64,000 bases of DNA. Origin: Planctomycetota bacterium. Lineage in GTDB: Bacteria > Planctomycetota > UBA1135 > UBA2386. A program made the translations under genes and the position numbers. The DNA lies in contig OZ245006.1 in assembly GCA_965223545.1 (NCBI GenBank), positions 7,584,001 to 7,648,000 on the forward strand. The letters are read 5' to 3'. This document shows, in pieces, positions 33,198 to 42,282 of this stretch (position 1 is its first letter; every line of letters starts with the position of its first letter). The notes under the pieces were generated by a model. It did not search any database and was not told the origin of the DNA. It saw only the letters and a program-made list of their open reading frames with translations.

Positions 33198-33286
33198 CTC
33201 ACACGTTCCCCTCCCCCTTCCTCAGCGGCTAGTTTCCTGCCCTGAAGGGCCGACAAATCTGCCGGGGCAGGACTGGCTCCGTACGT

Positions 33287-35032
33287 TCAGGTGCCGAGGA
33301 GGGCCAGGGCTGCGGCGGGGCTCATCAGGGGGTGCAGGTGGAGCGCGCGGAGGTCGACCTTGTGCAGGCGGGCGCGCAGCTCCGCGCGCACGGTCTCGGC
33401 TTGGGCGTCGCTGCCCAGTGCGCGCAGGACGCGCGCGAGGGCGGCGCGGGGGAGCGGTGCTTCGGTGCCGACGTAGAGTTGCATGCGCTGGTTGAGCTCG
33501 TCGAGCAGCTCGCCGCGGCGCTGGTGCGCGGCGGCGCGCAGCGCGCCGCGCCAGACCGTGTGGCCGGTGCGCTGCAGGTGGGCTTCGGCGGCGGTCGCCG
33601 GCTGGTCGGTGCGCGCGATTTCACACAGGCCGTTGAGGTAGATCAGCGCGGCGCTGAGCACCGGTGCGCCGTCGTGGAGGGCTTCGAAGGCGGACAGCCG
33701 GACGGCCAAGTCCTCGTGCCGCCCGATCCAGACCAGGACCTCGCCGGCTTCGACCAGCTCCAAGGCGCGCGCGGAAAACTCGGATGGACGCCGGCGCAGC
33801 CACTCGAGGTCGGCGAGCAACGCGTCGGCGGCGCGATCGCCGCGGTCGGTGAGCAGGGCGTGGGCGGCGCGCATGCGGTACAGCTCGTGGCCGCCGGCGC
33901 CGTCGCCGGCGCGCGCCAGCCAGCGGTCGAGCAACCGGTCGAGCTCGTCGTGGCGGCCGGCGGCGTGCAGGGTGAGGGCGGTCGGCACCAGCGACAGATG
34001 CGGCGGGACGGTGCGCGCGGCGTCGCGGGCGGCGTCGACCGCCGCCTCTGCGTCGCCGGCGCAGAGCTCGGCGAAGGCCGCGTGGTAGGCGATCTCCGCG
34101 CTGCGCGGCCAGCGTGCGCGGAGCGTGCGCAGGGCGGGAAGAGACTCTTCGTAGCGTTGCAGCAGGTTGAGCGCGATCGCGCGCGTGCGCATCACGTGTG
34201 GGTCGTGCGGCCGCTCGCGGCTGGCGACGGTACCGAGGGTCAGCAGCTCCTCGTCGGCGGCGCGCGGATCGCCGGTGCGCGATGCGGCGACCAGGGCGGT
34301 GTGCGCCAAGCGGTGGCGGGTGGTGGGCGCGGTGCGGGAGGCGAGCTGTAGCGCCTGGGTCGCGCCGCGGCGCGCCTCTTCGACCGCCGCGCTGTCACCG
34401 CGCTCGCTGCCGCGCGCCAACAGGGCCTGCGCCAGCAGCGCCAGGGTGATGGTGCAGCCCGGGTCGAGCGTGCGCGCGCGGCGCAGGCGTTGGATGGCCG
34501 CCTCGGTGCGGCCGGCGGCGAGCTGACGCCAGCCGTCCTCGGTCTGTCGCACACAGTGGGCGTTGGCGCTGTAGATCGCCGCGCTCGCCAGCGGCAGCGC
34601 GCGCACCTCCTCGCCCAGCGCCTGGCGCGTGGCCAGCGCCAGCGCGTCGATCGCGACCGGGTCGTCGCCCCGCACGCCGGCGAGCGGTAGCGGAGGCTGA
34701 CCGGGGCGCCGCAGCGTCGAGCTCAGCGCCGGCGCCCGTGGGTCGCAGAACAGCTCGATCGTGTGTTCTGCCGCCTCGAGATCTTCGACCCCGCTGGCGA
34801 CGTCGAACCGGGGGCTCTGGCGCAGTGCTTCTCGCCAGAGCCCGTCGAAGAACGCCGCGGGCACCTCGGCTGTGGCCTCCACCGGCGCAAGCCGGAGCAG
34901 GGTACCGGCCGCCAGCGCGATCTGCTGCGGTGCCGGCGCTGGCATCGGCCGTTCGGGAGTCGATGCGGGGCCCGAGCAACCGGCGACGGCCAGCGGCACC
35001 AGGGCGAACGGAGCGCGAAGGACGAATTGCAA
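33287..35032 (-). CDS. TPR-like lipoprotein, hypothetical
   Basis: Lipobox-like LAVAGC; helical repeats. Confidence 0.7.
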   Translation of the reverse strand: MQFVLRAPFALVPLAVAGCSGPASTPERPMPAPAPQQIALAAGTLLRLAPVEATAEVPAAFFDGLWREALRQSPRFDVASGVEDLEAAEHTIELFCDPRAPALSSTLRRPGQPPLPLAGVRGDDPVAIDALALATRQALGEEVRALPLASAAIYSANAHCVRQTEDGWRQLAAGRTEAAIQRLRRARTLDPGCTITLALLAQALLARGSERGDSAAVEEARRGATQALQLASRTAPTTRHRLAHTALVAASRTGDPRAADEELLTLGTVASRERPHDPHVMRTRAIALNLLQRYEESLPALRTLRARWPRSAEIAYHAAFAELCAGDAEAAVDAARDAARTVPPHLSLVPTALTLHAAGRHDELDRLLDRWLARAGDGAGGHELYRMRAAHALLTDRGDRAADALLADLEWLRRRPSEFSARALELVEAGEVLVWIGRHEDLAVRLSAFEALHDGAPVLSAALIYLNGLCEIARTDQPATAAEAHLQRTGHTVWRGALRAAAHQRRGELLDELNQRMQLYVGTEAPLPRAALARVLRALGSDAQAETVRAELRARLHKVDLRALHLHPLMSPAAALALLGT

Positions 35033-35116
35033 AGCGGGGTCAGTCTACGCCCTCTCGTGGCGGTCGCTGAGGATCCGAGGTTGGCGTCTGCAGGGCCAAA
35101 TGTCGAAGGAAGGGAC

Positions 35117-35929
35117 ATGTTGTCGATGCTGATGCTGGGGTTGGCCGCCTGCCCGCAGTCGCCGGTCTCGCCGCCGAACCCACCGGCCGCCGACGCGGCG
35201 CCGTTGAGCGGCGATCGGCTGGGCTCGCCGCTCGCCGACGTGTGGCAGGCGGTGGGCAACCCGTCCAGCCTGCACGATCAGCGTTGCGTCCAGGCGCAGA
35301 TCCTGGTCCAGGTGTTCGGCCACGACGGCCGCGTGCTGGCGACCTTCAATGCGCTGCACCAGGCGGATCTGTCGGAGCCCGACCGCGACCGCCTCGTGCT
35401 CCGTGGCGGCGAGCTGGTGCACGGCCGGGCCGAGCGCAGCGCGCCGTGGACCGAGGTCGACGGCGTGCCCCGCAAGCAGCCCGCACCGGACGCCGTCGCG
35501 CAGCTCGACCTGTTCGGTTTGCTGCTGCGCGCGCCCTGGGTGTTCGCCGAGCCCGGTTTCGCGGTGAGTCCGCCGCGCCGTGTGCGGCGCGAAGAAACCG
35601 ACTACGAGGTCATCGATATCGTCAACGAGCGGCCGGCGGCGGCCGAGGGCGAGGGCGGTGCGCGCGACGTGTTCGAGCTGTGGTGCGAGCCGGAGACCAT
35701 GCTGCCGCTCGAGCTGCGCTACGCGCTCGCCGGCCGCACTTGGCGCCGGGTCCGGTTCTCGCAGTACCAAACCCTCGGCTGGCTGCGGTTCCCGGTGCGG
35801 CGCACCGTGCTCAGTGACAACGGCGTGCCGCTGATCGACCTCGAGGTGAAGCGGATGAGCTGCCAGCAGCAGATCCCGCTGGAGAAGTTCCGCGCCGTCC
35901 AGCTCGACACCCCGGCGGCGCCGCGCTAA
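35117..35929 (+). CDS. Hypothetical exported protein
   Basis: Purine-rich RBS, hydrophobic N-terminus with LAAC, beta-rich C-terminal part. Confidence 0.7.
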   Translation: MLSMLMLGLAACPQSPVSPPNPPAADAAPLSGDRLGSPLADVWQAVGNPSSLHDQRCVQAQILVQVFGHDGRVLATFNALHQADLSEPDRDRLVLRGGELVHGRAERSAPWTEVDGVPRKQPAPDAVAQLDLFGLLLRAPWVFAEPGFAVSPPRRVRREETDYEVIDIVNERPAAAEGEGGARDVFELWCEPETMLPLELRYALAGRTWRRVRFSQYQTLGWLRFPVRRTVLSDNGVPLIDLEVKRMSCQQQIPLEKFRAVQLDTPAAPR

Positions 35930-35939
35930 CGATGGCGCC

Positions 35940-37610
35940 ATGGCGCGCTACTCGGTCGGGTTGGACTTCGGCACGTCCGCGGTCCGCTGTGTCGTCGTCG
36001 ACTTGGACTCGGCCGCCGAGGTCGGGGTCGGGAGCCACGCCTACCGCCGCGGCGAGCACGGCGTGGTGTTGGACGCCGCCGACCCCAACCTCGCCCGGCA
36101 GTGGCCAGGCGACTATCGGCACGGCCTGCGGGCATCGCTGGGCGCGGCGTTGGGCGCCGCGCGGCGCGCGGTCGGGCTGACGCCGGAGCAGGTCGTCGGC
36201 ATCGGCGTGGACACCACCGGCAGCACGCCGTTGCCGGTCGACGCGCACGGCGTGCCGTTGGCGGAGCGCGCGGAGTTCGCGGCGGAGCCAGCGGCGATGG
36301 CTTGGCTGTGGAAGGACCACACCGCGGCGGCCGAGGCCGAGGAGATCACCGCGCTCGCCGGCCGGATGCGGCCGGAGTACCTGGCGCGCTGCGGCGGCAC
36401 CTACAGCTCGGAGTGGTTCTGGGCCAAGGTGCTGCGTTGCGCGCGCACTGCGCCTTCGGTGTTCGAGGCGGCGCATTCGTTCGTCGAGCTCTGCGACCAC
36501 GTGCCGGGGTTGCTGGTCGGCGCGGCCGCACCCGAGCAGCTGCGGCGCAGCGTCTGCGCGGCGGGCCACAAGGCGATGTACGCCGAGGACTGGGGTGGCT
36601 TGCCGGACGAGGAGTTCCTCGCCGCGCTCGACGATCGGTTGGTGGGGCTGCGCCGCCGGCTGTACGAGCGCGCGTTCACCGCCGACCAACGCGCGGGCGG
36701 CCTGGCGGCCGGTCTGGCCGGCGAGCTCGGGCTGGCGCCGGGTACGCCGGTGGCGGTCGGGGCGTTCGACGCCCACCTCGGCGCCGTCGGCGCTGGCATC
36801 CGTCCTGGTGAGCTGGTCAAGGTGATGGGCACCTCGACCTGTGACATGGCGGTGGCGCCCCTGACCGAGCTGCCGCCCATCGACGGGCTGTGTGGCATCG
36901 TGCGGGGCTCGATCTTGCCCGACCACGCCGGCTTCGAGGCCGGCCAGTCGGCGGTCGGTGACATCTTCGAGTGGTGTGCGGCGCACCTCGGCGGGGACCA
37001 TGCGACGCTGAGCCAGGGGGCGGCGGCGCTGCGCGCCGGCGAGAGCGGTCTGCTGGCGCTCGACTGGCACAACGGCAACCGCTGTGTCCTGGTCGACCCC
37101 GCGTTGAGTGGCGCCGTGCTCGGCCTGAGTCTGGCGACGACCGGCGCCGAGCTGTACCGCGCCTACATCGAGGCGACCGCGTTCGGTGCGCGCGTCATCG
37201 CCGACCGCTTGGTCGCGCACGGCGTCGCCGTCGACGCGGTCGTCGCCTGCGGTGGAATCGCCGCCAAGAGCGATCTCGTGCTGCAGATCTACGCCGACGT
37301 CCTGAACCGCCGCGTCGAGGTCTGCGGCTCACAGGAGACCTGTGCGCTGGGTGCTGCGATCATGGCGGCGGTGGCAGGCGGTGCGTTCGCGGACGTCGGT
37401 GCGGCACAGCACGCGTTGGTCCCGAAACGAGACCGCGCGTTCGCGCCGCGCGCGGACGAAGCCGCGGTGTACGACAGACTGTTCGACTGCTATCTGCGCA
37501 TCCACGACGCTTTCGGGGGCGTTGGCCACCCGGACCTGGGTGCAGTGATGAAGCGTTTGCTCGAAGAGCGACGCCGGGCGCGTTGCGGCCGTGGCCGTGC
37601 TGAGACGTGA
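35940..37610 (+). CDS. araB: Ribulokinase (FGGY family)
   Basis: GLDFGT.AVR, GVDTTGSTPLP, LWKDHTA, YSSEWFWAK, CAAGHKA, MGTSTCD, EAGQSAVGDIF, LDWHNGNR. Confidence 0.9.
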   Translation: MARYSVGLDFGTSAVRCVVVDLDSAAEVGVGSHAYRRGEHGVVLDAADPNLARQWPGDYRHGLRASLGAALGAARRAVGLTPEQVVGIGVDTTGSTPLPVDAHGVPLAERAEFAAEPAAMAWLWKDHTAAAEAEEITALAGRMRPEYLARCGGTYSSEWFWAKVLRCARTAPSVFEAAHSFVELCDHVPGLLVGAAAPEQLRRSVCAAGHKAMYAEDWGGLPDEEFLAALDDRLVGLRRRLYERAFTADQRAGGLAAGLAGELGLAPGTPVAVGAFDAHLGAVGAGIRPGELVKVMGTSTCDMAVAPLTELPPIDGLCGIVRGSILPDHAGFEAGQSAVGDIFEWCAAHLGGDHATLSQGAAALRAGESGLLALDWHNGNRCVLVDPALSGAVLGLSLATTGAELYRAYIEATAFGARVIADRLVAHGVAVDAVVACGGIAAKSDLVLQIYADVLNRRVEVCGSQETCALGAAIMAAVAGGAFADVGAAQHALVPKRDRAFAPRADEAAVYDRLFDCYLRIHDAFGGVGHPDLGAVMKRLLEERRRARCGRGRAET

Positions 37611-37976
37611 GGTTTTTCCGAGTTCCGTGGCTCCCTTGCCGGCGGCGTCATGCGCGTGCCTTCAAGTTTGGCCGGGCGGCGCAGCCGATAGAGCGGGTGC
37701 GGGTGACTTCGGTCGTCCGTGGTCGCCGGTCAGCCGCCGTGGGGGGGCGGAGCCGGGGGCCGCGAAGGTCGTGCGGGAGACAGGGGACCTTCGCAACCTG
37801 CTCTTCTCTGTGTGGGGACCGGAGGGGAGGAGGGCCGGAGCCGCGAACCGGTGCCTGGGGGGGGGCCGACGCGGCCGGGCGCCCGCGGTGCCTACTCGCG
37901 CCACCGCGGGATTGCCTTTTAATCCGCACCCAACGCGGTCTTGCCAACGGCGCGCCGAGCACGAAGATCAGCGCCG

Positions 37977-40226
37977 ATGCGTTGGGTGGTTGGGCTCCTG
38001 CTCTTGGCTGGCTGCGGTGCGACCGGCAGCCTGCTCCTGCCGGCGATGCTGCGCGAGCCGTCGGCCCACGATGGCGCGGACGGTGTCTGGATGGCGCGGC
38101 GCTTGTTCGAACGCGGGGAGCCGCGGCGCGCGCTCGCGGCGGTCGGCGAGGTCCTCGAGCGACATCCCGACGCGGTCGACGCCGCGCGGCTGCGGCAGGA
38201 CATCCTGCGGGCGCGGGGTCGGTTCGGGCTGGTGCGTTGGGAGGCCGAGCAACGGCTCGCCGCGGCACCGGCCTCGGCGGCGGCGCACTACCTCTCCGGC
38301 CGGCTGCAGCCGGCGGACTCGGCCAAGCGCGCCGCCTTCGCCCGCGCCACCGCATTGGATCCGCATTCGTTCTGGGGTTGGCTCGGCAGTGCGTACTCCC
38401 TGCGTGGCGAAGATCTGTCGGCGGCGCTGACGACCTATTCGTGGTTGTGGCATCGCTCCGAGCAGCACCCGCTCGCTGCGGTCGCCTTCGCCGCCGCCCT
38501 GCGCGAGGGCAATCAGCTCGACGATGCGGTCGCGGTCTACACCGCGCTCTGCGGCGATGACCGCAACCCCGGCGTCGGCGAGCTCGGCTTGGCCGAGGTC
38601 TACACCGCGCGCGATCAGCTCGACCTGGCTTGGCCGATGCTGTTGTCGGCGATCGAGCTGCGGCCGTTCGACGGCGGCGTCGGTCGCCTGTTGTCGCAGT
38701 ACGTCAGCCGTGGCTTGCCCGAGCACCGGCTCGAAGAGCTGGTCTCCACGGTCCGGCGCGAGCCCGCACGGCAGGCGGCGCTGAGCCGGGGCGGGGGAGC
38801 GTTGCCGGTGGCGCAGCTGTTCGCCGCGGCCGGCGACCCGCCAGCGGCGCTGGAGGTGCTCGGTGGCGATCCGCACAGCCGGTCGGTGCCGGGCGCGCGG
38901 CGGTTGTGGTGGCAGCTGTTGCTGGCGCGCGGCGACGTCGCCGGCTACCTGCAAGACCTGCGCGACTGGTTGCCCTTGTGGTTGATCGACGACGAGCGCA
39001 ACCAGCTGCGCGGTCGCTGGCGGGCGCTGCTCGACGGCGCGTGGATGACGGCGGAGGCACCGCTCGGCGACGCCAGCGAGGCTGCGCGGCTGGTGCGTGC
39101 TCTCCTCGACGTGGGCCTGCTGGAGGCGGCCGAGCGGATCGGCACGCTGGCGATCGCCGCCCACAGCAGCGCTTCGCGCGGCGCGCGGGCGACTCTCGAG
39201 CAGGTTCGCGCCGAAGCCAGCCGCGAACGCGCGTTCGAGGGCGCCGTCCGGCGCACCCTGTACCGCGGCTACGCGGCGGTGGAGCCGCGCGGCCTCGACG
39301 CCGTTCTGCAGGAGCTCCGCCGGCACAGCCAAAAGATCCTCGGCGTCGACGTGGTCGGCCGACCAGAGCGCTTCGAGTTGCCGTTCGTCGGCGAGCTGCT
39401 CGACCCGTTCGCCGAGGGACTGTGCGCGCACTTTGCCAAGTACAACCGTCACCTGGTGCTCGGCGAGCGCCAAGGGCGCTCCGCCGAGGGCTTGATGTTG
39501 GTGCGGTTGTCGATGACCGAGCTGCCGCCGGACTCCGATCTACCGCTCGAGGGCCGCGCGCTCGAAGTCGTCGGCGAAGACCGCCGGATCCGCTCGTTGT
39601 CCGGGGCGTACGGCGGCGATCTCGCTGGCGTCGCGCTGCTCAACCACTACGTGGTCGACATGGACTCGGTCCGCGAATGGGCGGAAGAGCTCCTGGAACG
39701 CCGTCGGATTGCGCGCGCGGATCGCAGCGCCATCGCCGACGACCCGCTGCCCGACAGCGTGGACACGCTCGACCCCGTCGGCGTGCACTGGCGTCTGGGG
39801 CTGCAGTCGCCGGTCGAGGATGAAGGTCTACAGGCCGCCGTCCTCGACGTGATCCGCTGGCACGAGCGCGCGCATCTGGTGGACGTCTTCCACTACCTAC
39901 CGCTGGAGGCCAACCTGGGGCGGATCGCCGGCTTGTTGGTGGAGAACGGCTTCAGCGCGGCCTCGGTCGAGGCGGAGCTCGAGGCGCGGGCGGAGACGGC
40001 GGCGCTCGCCCTCAGCGCCCATCCACGGTTGGTGCTGGCGCACCTGGCCGTCTTCCTCGAGGGACAGTCGACGACACCGCACGGGGTCGGTTTCCGGCGC
40101 GCGTCGCGCCGGCTGGCAGAGGCGATGGCCGCCCGCGGCCTGGATTCGCGCGCCAGCCGATGGCACCGGGCAGACCCCGAGGAGATTCGCCAGATTGCGC
40201 GAGAGCTGCTGGCGCGGCAGTGGTAG
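37977..40226 (+). CDS. TPR-containing lipoprotein with C-terminal HExxH motif
   Basis: Lipobox LLAGC; TPR-like helices; WHERAHLVD followed by ELEARAE. Confidence 0.7.
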   Translation: MRWVVGLLLLAGCGATGSLLLPAMLREPSAHDGADGVWMARRLFERGEPRRALAAVGEVLERHPDAVDAARLRQDILRARGRFGLVRWEAEQRLAAAPASAAAHYLSGRLQPADSAKRAAFARATALDPHSFWGWLGSAYSLRGEDLSAALTTYSWLWHRSEQHPLAAVAFAAALREGNQLDDAVAVYTALCGDDRNPGVGELGLAEVYTARDQLDLAWPMLLSAIELRPFDGGVGRLLSQYVSRGLPEHRLEELVSTVRREPARQAALSRGGGALPVAQLFAAAGDPPAALEVLGGDPHSRSVPGARRLWWQLLLARGDVAGYLQDLRDWLPLWLIDDERNQLRGRWRALLDGAWMTAEAPLGDASEAARLVRALLDVGLLEAAERIGTLAIAAHSSASRGARATLEQVRAEASRERAFEGAVRRTLYRGYAAVEPRGLDAVLQELRRHSQKILGVDVVGRPERFELPFVGELLDPFAEGLCAHFAKYNRHLVLGERQGRSAEGLMLVRLSMTELPPDSDLPLEGRALEVVGEDRRIRSLSGAYGGDLAGVALLNHYVVDMDSVREWAEELLERRRIARADRSAIADDPLPDSVDTLDPVGVHWRLGLQSPVEDEGLQAAVLDVIRWHERAHLVDVFHYLPLEANLGRIAGLLVENGFSAASVEAELEARAETAALALSAHPRLVLAHLAVFLEGQSTTPHGVGFRRASRRLAEAMAARGLDSRASRWHRADPEEIRQIARELLARQW

Positions 40227-40465
40227 GGCCGTGTGCCGGGCGCCGAGCTGCCAATGCTGTCGTGCGGTCGGGCGGCGGCGGCGGTACGATGGCGCGCGCA
40301 ACGCCGGATGTCCGGCGGAGCGGAACGGAAGTTGTAGCCGATAGGTGCAATGAAGTTCCGATCGACGGGCAGAATCGCGCCGGTCGCGGCGTCCGACGAC
40401 CCGATGGCACTTTGGTCCGGGTCGGCCGCGTCGCGCATTCGCCCTTGAGCCCACGGGATCGCGCC

Positions 40466-41254
40466 ATGAAACAACACCATCTCACCGCTGCTTCACTCGT
40501 CTGTTGGCTGACCGTTGCCGTCGCGCCGGCACAGGACAAGAAGCCCGATCCCGATCCCGATCTGCCCGGCCAGCTGAAGGAGTTCAAGGCTGCTGCCGAG
40601 GATCGCGATCGCGACAAGGACTCCGTGGCGACCGAGTTCATCGATCGCTTCCTGATCGCCTACCCCGGCATGCACAGCAAGGATCAGAAGGCCGTGCGCG
40701 GGGCACTGAAGGCGACGCTCGAGTCGGCCCGCGTGCGCCGGGATCCGGAGCAGAAGGGCATCTTCGTCGCCGCTGCCTACGCGCTGGGGCAGATGGGGGC
40801 CGACGGCGCCAAGATCCTGGCGCGCGCCTACGACCACAAGAAGTTCAAGCCGGAGCGCGACTGGGTCGAGCTGCGGGCGGTGTTCCTCAAGAACATCGGC
40901 AAGACCAAGGACCCCAAGCAGGTCGACTTCCTGCTCGAACGCGCGCTGCGCGATCACTCCGATCACATCCTGCGCGCCGCCGGCGAGGCGCTGGGCAACT
41001 ACCACGAGGCCAACGAGCGCGTCCGCAAGGAGATCGCCAAGGAGCTGATCAAGAAATACAACGAGGTGCACGGTCAGTCGCTCGCCAGCCTCGACCCCGG
41101 CGACCCGCAGGTGAAGCGGGCGAAGGAGACGCTGGCGGCGATCTCACGCGACTGGAACCAGTCGCTCCAGCAGATCACCGGACAGGACATCAAGGCCGCA
41201 GACGAGTGGCTGCACTTCTGGAACAAGAACAAGGGCGAGCGCTGGGACAAGTGA
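40466..41254 (+). CDS. Exported HEAT-repeat protein
   Basis: Signal peptide ending APAQ; AAAYALGQMG, LRAAGEALG; LQQITGQD...W.HFW tail. Confidence 0.8.
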   Translation: MKQHHLTAASLVCWLTVAVAPAQDKKPDPDPDLPGQLKEFKAAAEDRDRDKDSVATEFIDRFLIAYPGMHSKDQKAVRGALKATLESARVRRDPEQKGIFVAAAYALGQMGADGAKILARAYDHKKFKPERDWVELRAVFLKNIGKTKDPKQVDFLLERALRDHSDHILRAAGEALGNYHEANERVRKEIAKELIKKYNEVHGQSLASLDPGDPQVKRAKETLAAISRDWNQSLQQITGQDIKAADEWLHFWNKNKGERWDK

Positions 41255-42282
41255 GCGCCCCGCGCCGCCGCCGCGGAGTCGGCTGGTGGCCTCGCGCAGC
41301 CCTGCTGGTGGCCGCGTGCGGCGCGCTGGTCTGTGCGGTGGTCTACCGCAGCGAGGCGCGCCGGGCGGCGGTGCACCAGCGGTTCCTGGAGGAGCGGCTG
41401 GCGCGCTTGGAGTCGGAGCTCGAGGCCGCGATCCACCAGCGTGAGGCGACCACTGCCCTGCTCGCCAGCACGGCCGACGCGCGCCGCGACCGGGCGGAGG
41501 GCGAAGAGGGCCGCCGCATCCCCCACCTGCCCGAGTCGGTGCGGTTGGTGCTGGCGGCGTTCAACGAGTGCGCGCGGCTGGATGGCTTCGATTGGTTGCG
41601 CGCCCTGCACGGCGTCGAGCTTGCCGATGGCGAGGTGCGCGGCGTGGAGCTGGTCGAGCGCGCCGACGACGGGTTGGCGACCACCGTCTACCTCGCGGAG
41701 CGCATGCGCCTGGTGCTCGATCGCGAGCGGGGAGCCGTGGTCGTCTGGCTGCACGGCGGCCACCTGTGGTCGGGCGGCGAGCGCGTCGCCCTGCCCGCCG
41801 ATGGGCGAGCGATCGAGCTCTTGCCGGTGGACGGCCCGATGTGGGAGGCGCGGCTCGCGCGACTGCTGCAGGTGGAGGGCGAGTATCCGGTGCAGGCGCC
41901 CGTGACCGCGCCCGCGGCCCGCTTGGATCCGGTCGAGCGCCAGACCTGGCTGTCGCGGTTGCGGCAGCTGGTGGAGAGCGCCCGCACCGAGCAGCACTAC
42001 GCGGTGCAGTCCCTCCGCGGCCTGCAGGACGGGGAGTTCACCGAGGTGCTGCTGCTCGGCTACACACCGGAGCGCCGGCTGCAGAGCGCCATCGAATGCG
42101 ACCGCCTGGCGGTCGTCGCCGACCCGAATGCCGAGCGGGTCGAGCTGCTCGTGCGCGGTGGCATCTTGCGCCGAGCGGGGGGGGAGACCACGATTCCCGA
42201 CGGCGGCTACCGCATCGTCCTGCCGGGCGTGAGCAGCGGGGACGCCTCGCGCATCATGCTTGGAATGGTCTCTTCCCAGTGA
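41251..42282 (+). CDS. Membrane-anchored hypothetical protein with coiled coil and two related beta-domains
   Basis: GTGA overlaps on both sides; N-terminal TM; internal similarity between LHGVELADGEVRGVELV...LHGGHL and LRGLQDGEFTEVLLL...VRGGIL. Confidence 0.7.
   Translation: MSAPRRRRGVGWWPRAALLVAACGALVCAVVYRSEARRAAVHQRFLEERLARLESELEAAIHQREATTALLASTADARRDRAEGEEGRRIPHLPESVRLVLAAFNECARLDGFDWLRALHGVELADGEVRGVELVERADDGLATTVYLAERMRLVLDRERGAVVVWLHGGHLWSGGERVALPADGRAIELLPVDGPMWEARLARLLQVEGEYPVQAPVTAPAARLDPVERQTWLSRLRQLVESARTEQHYAVQSLRGLQDGEFTEVLLLGYTPERRLQSAIECDRLAVVADPNAERVELLVRGGILRRAGGETTIPDGGYRIVLPGVSSGDASRIMLGMVSSQ

Larger units (their letters stand above)
31628..33272 (-). mobile_element. IS110-family insertion sequence, apparently complete (about 1.65 kb)
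   Basis: DEDD recombinase gene, 250-bp 5' non-coding end, no terminal IRs; CTG (sense CAG) at both junctions (31628-31630, 33273-33275); removal restores the near-palindrome GGAGCC-T-GGCTCC. Confidence 0.85.
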
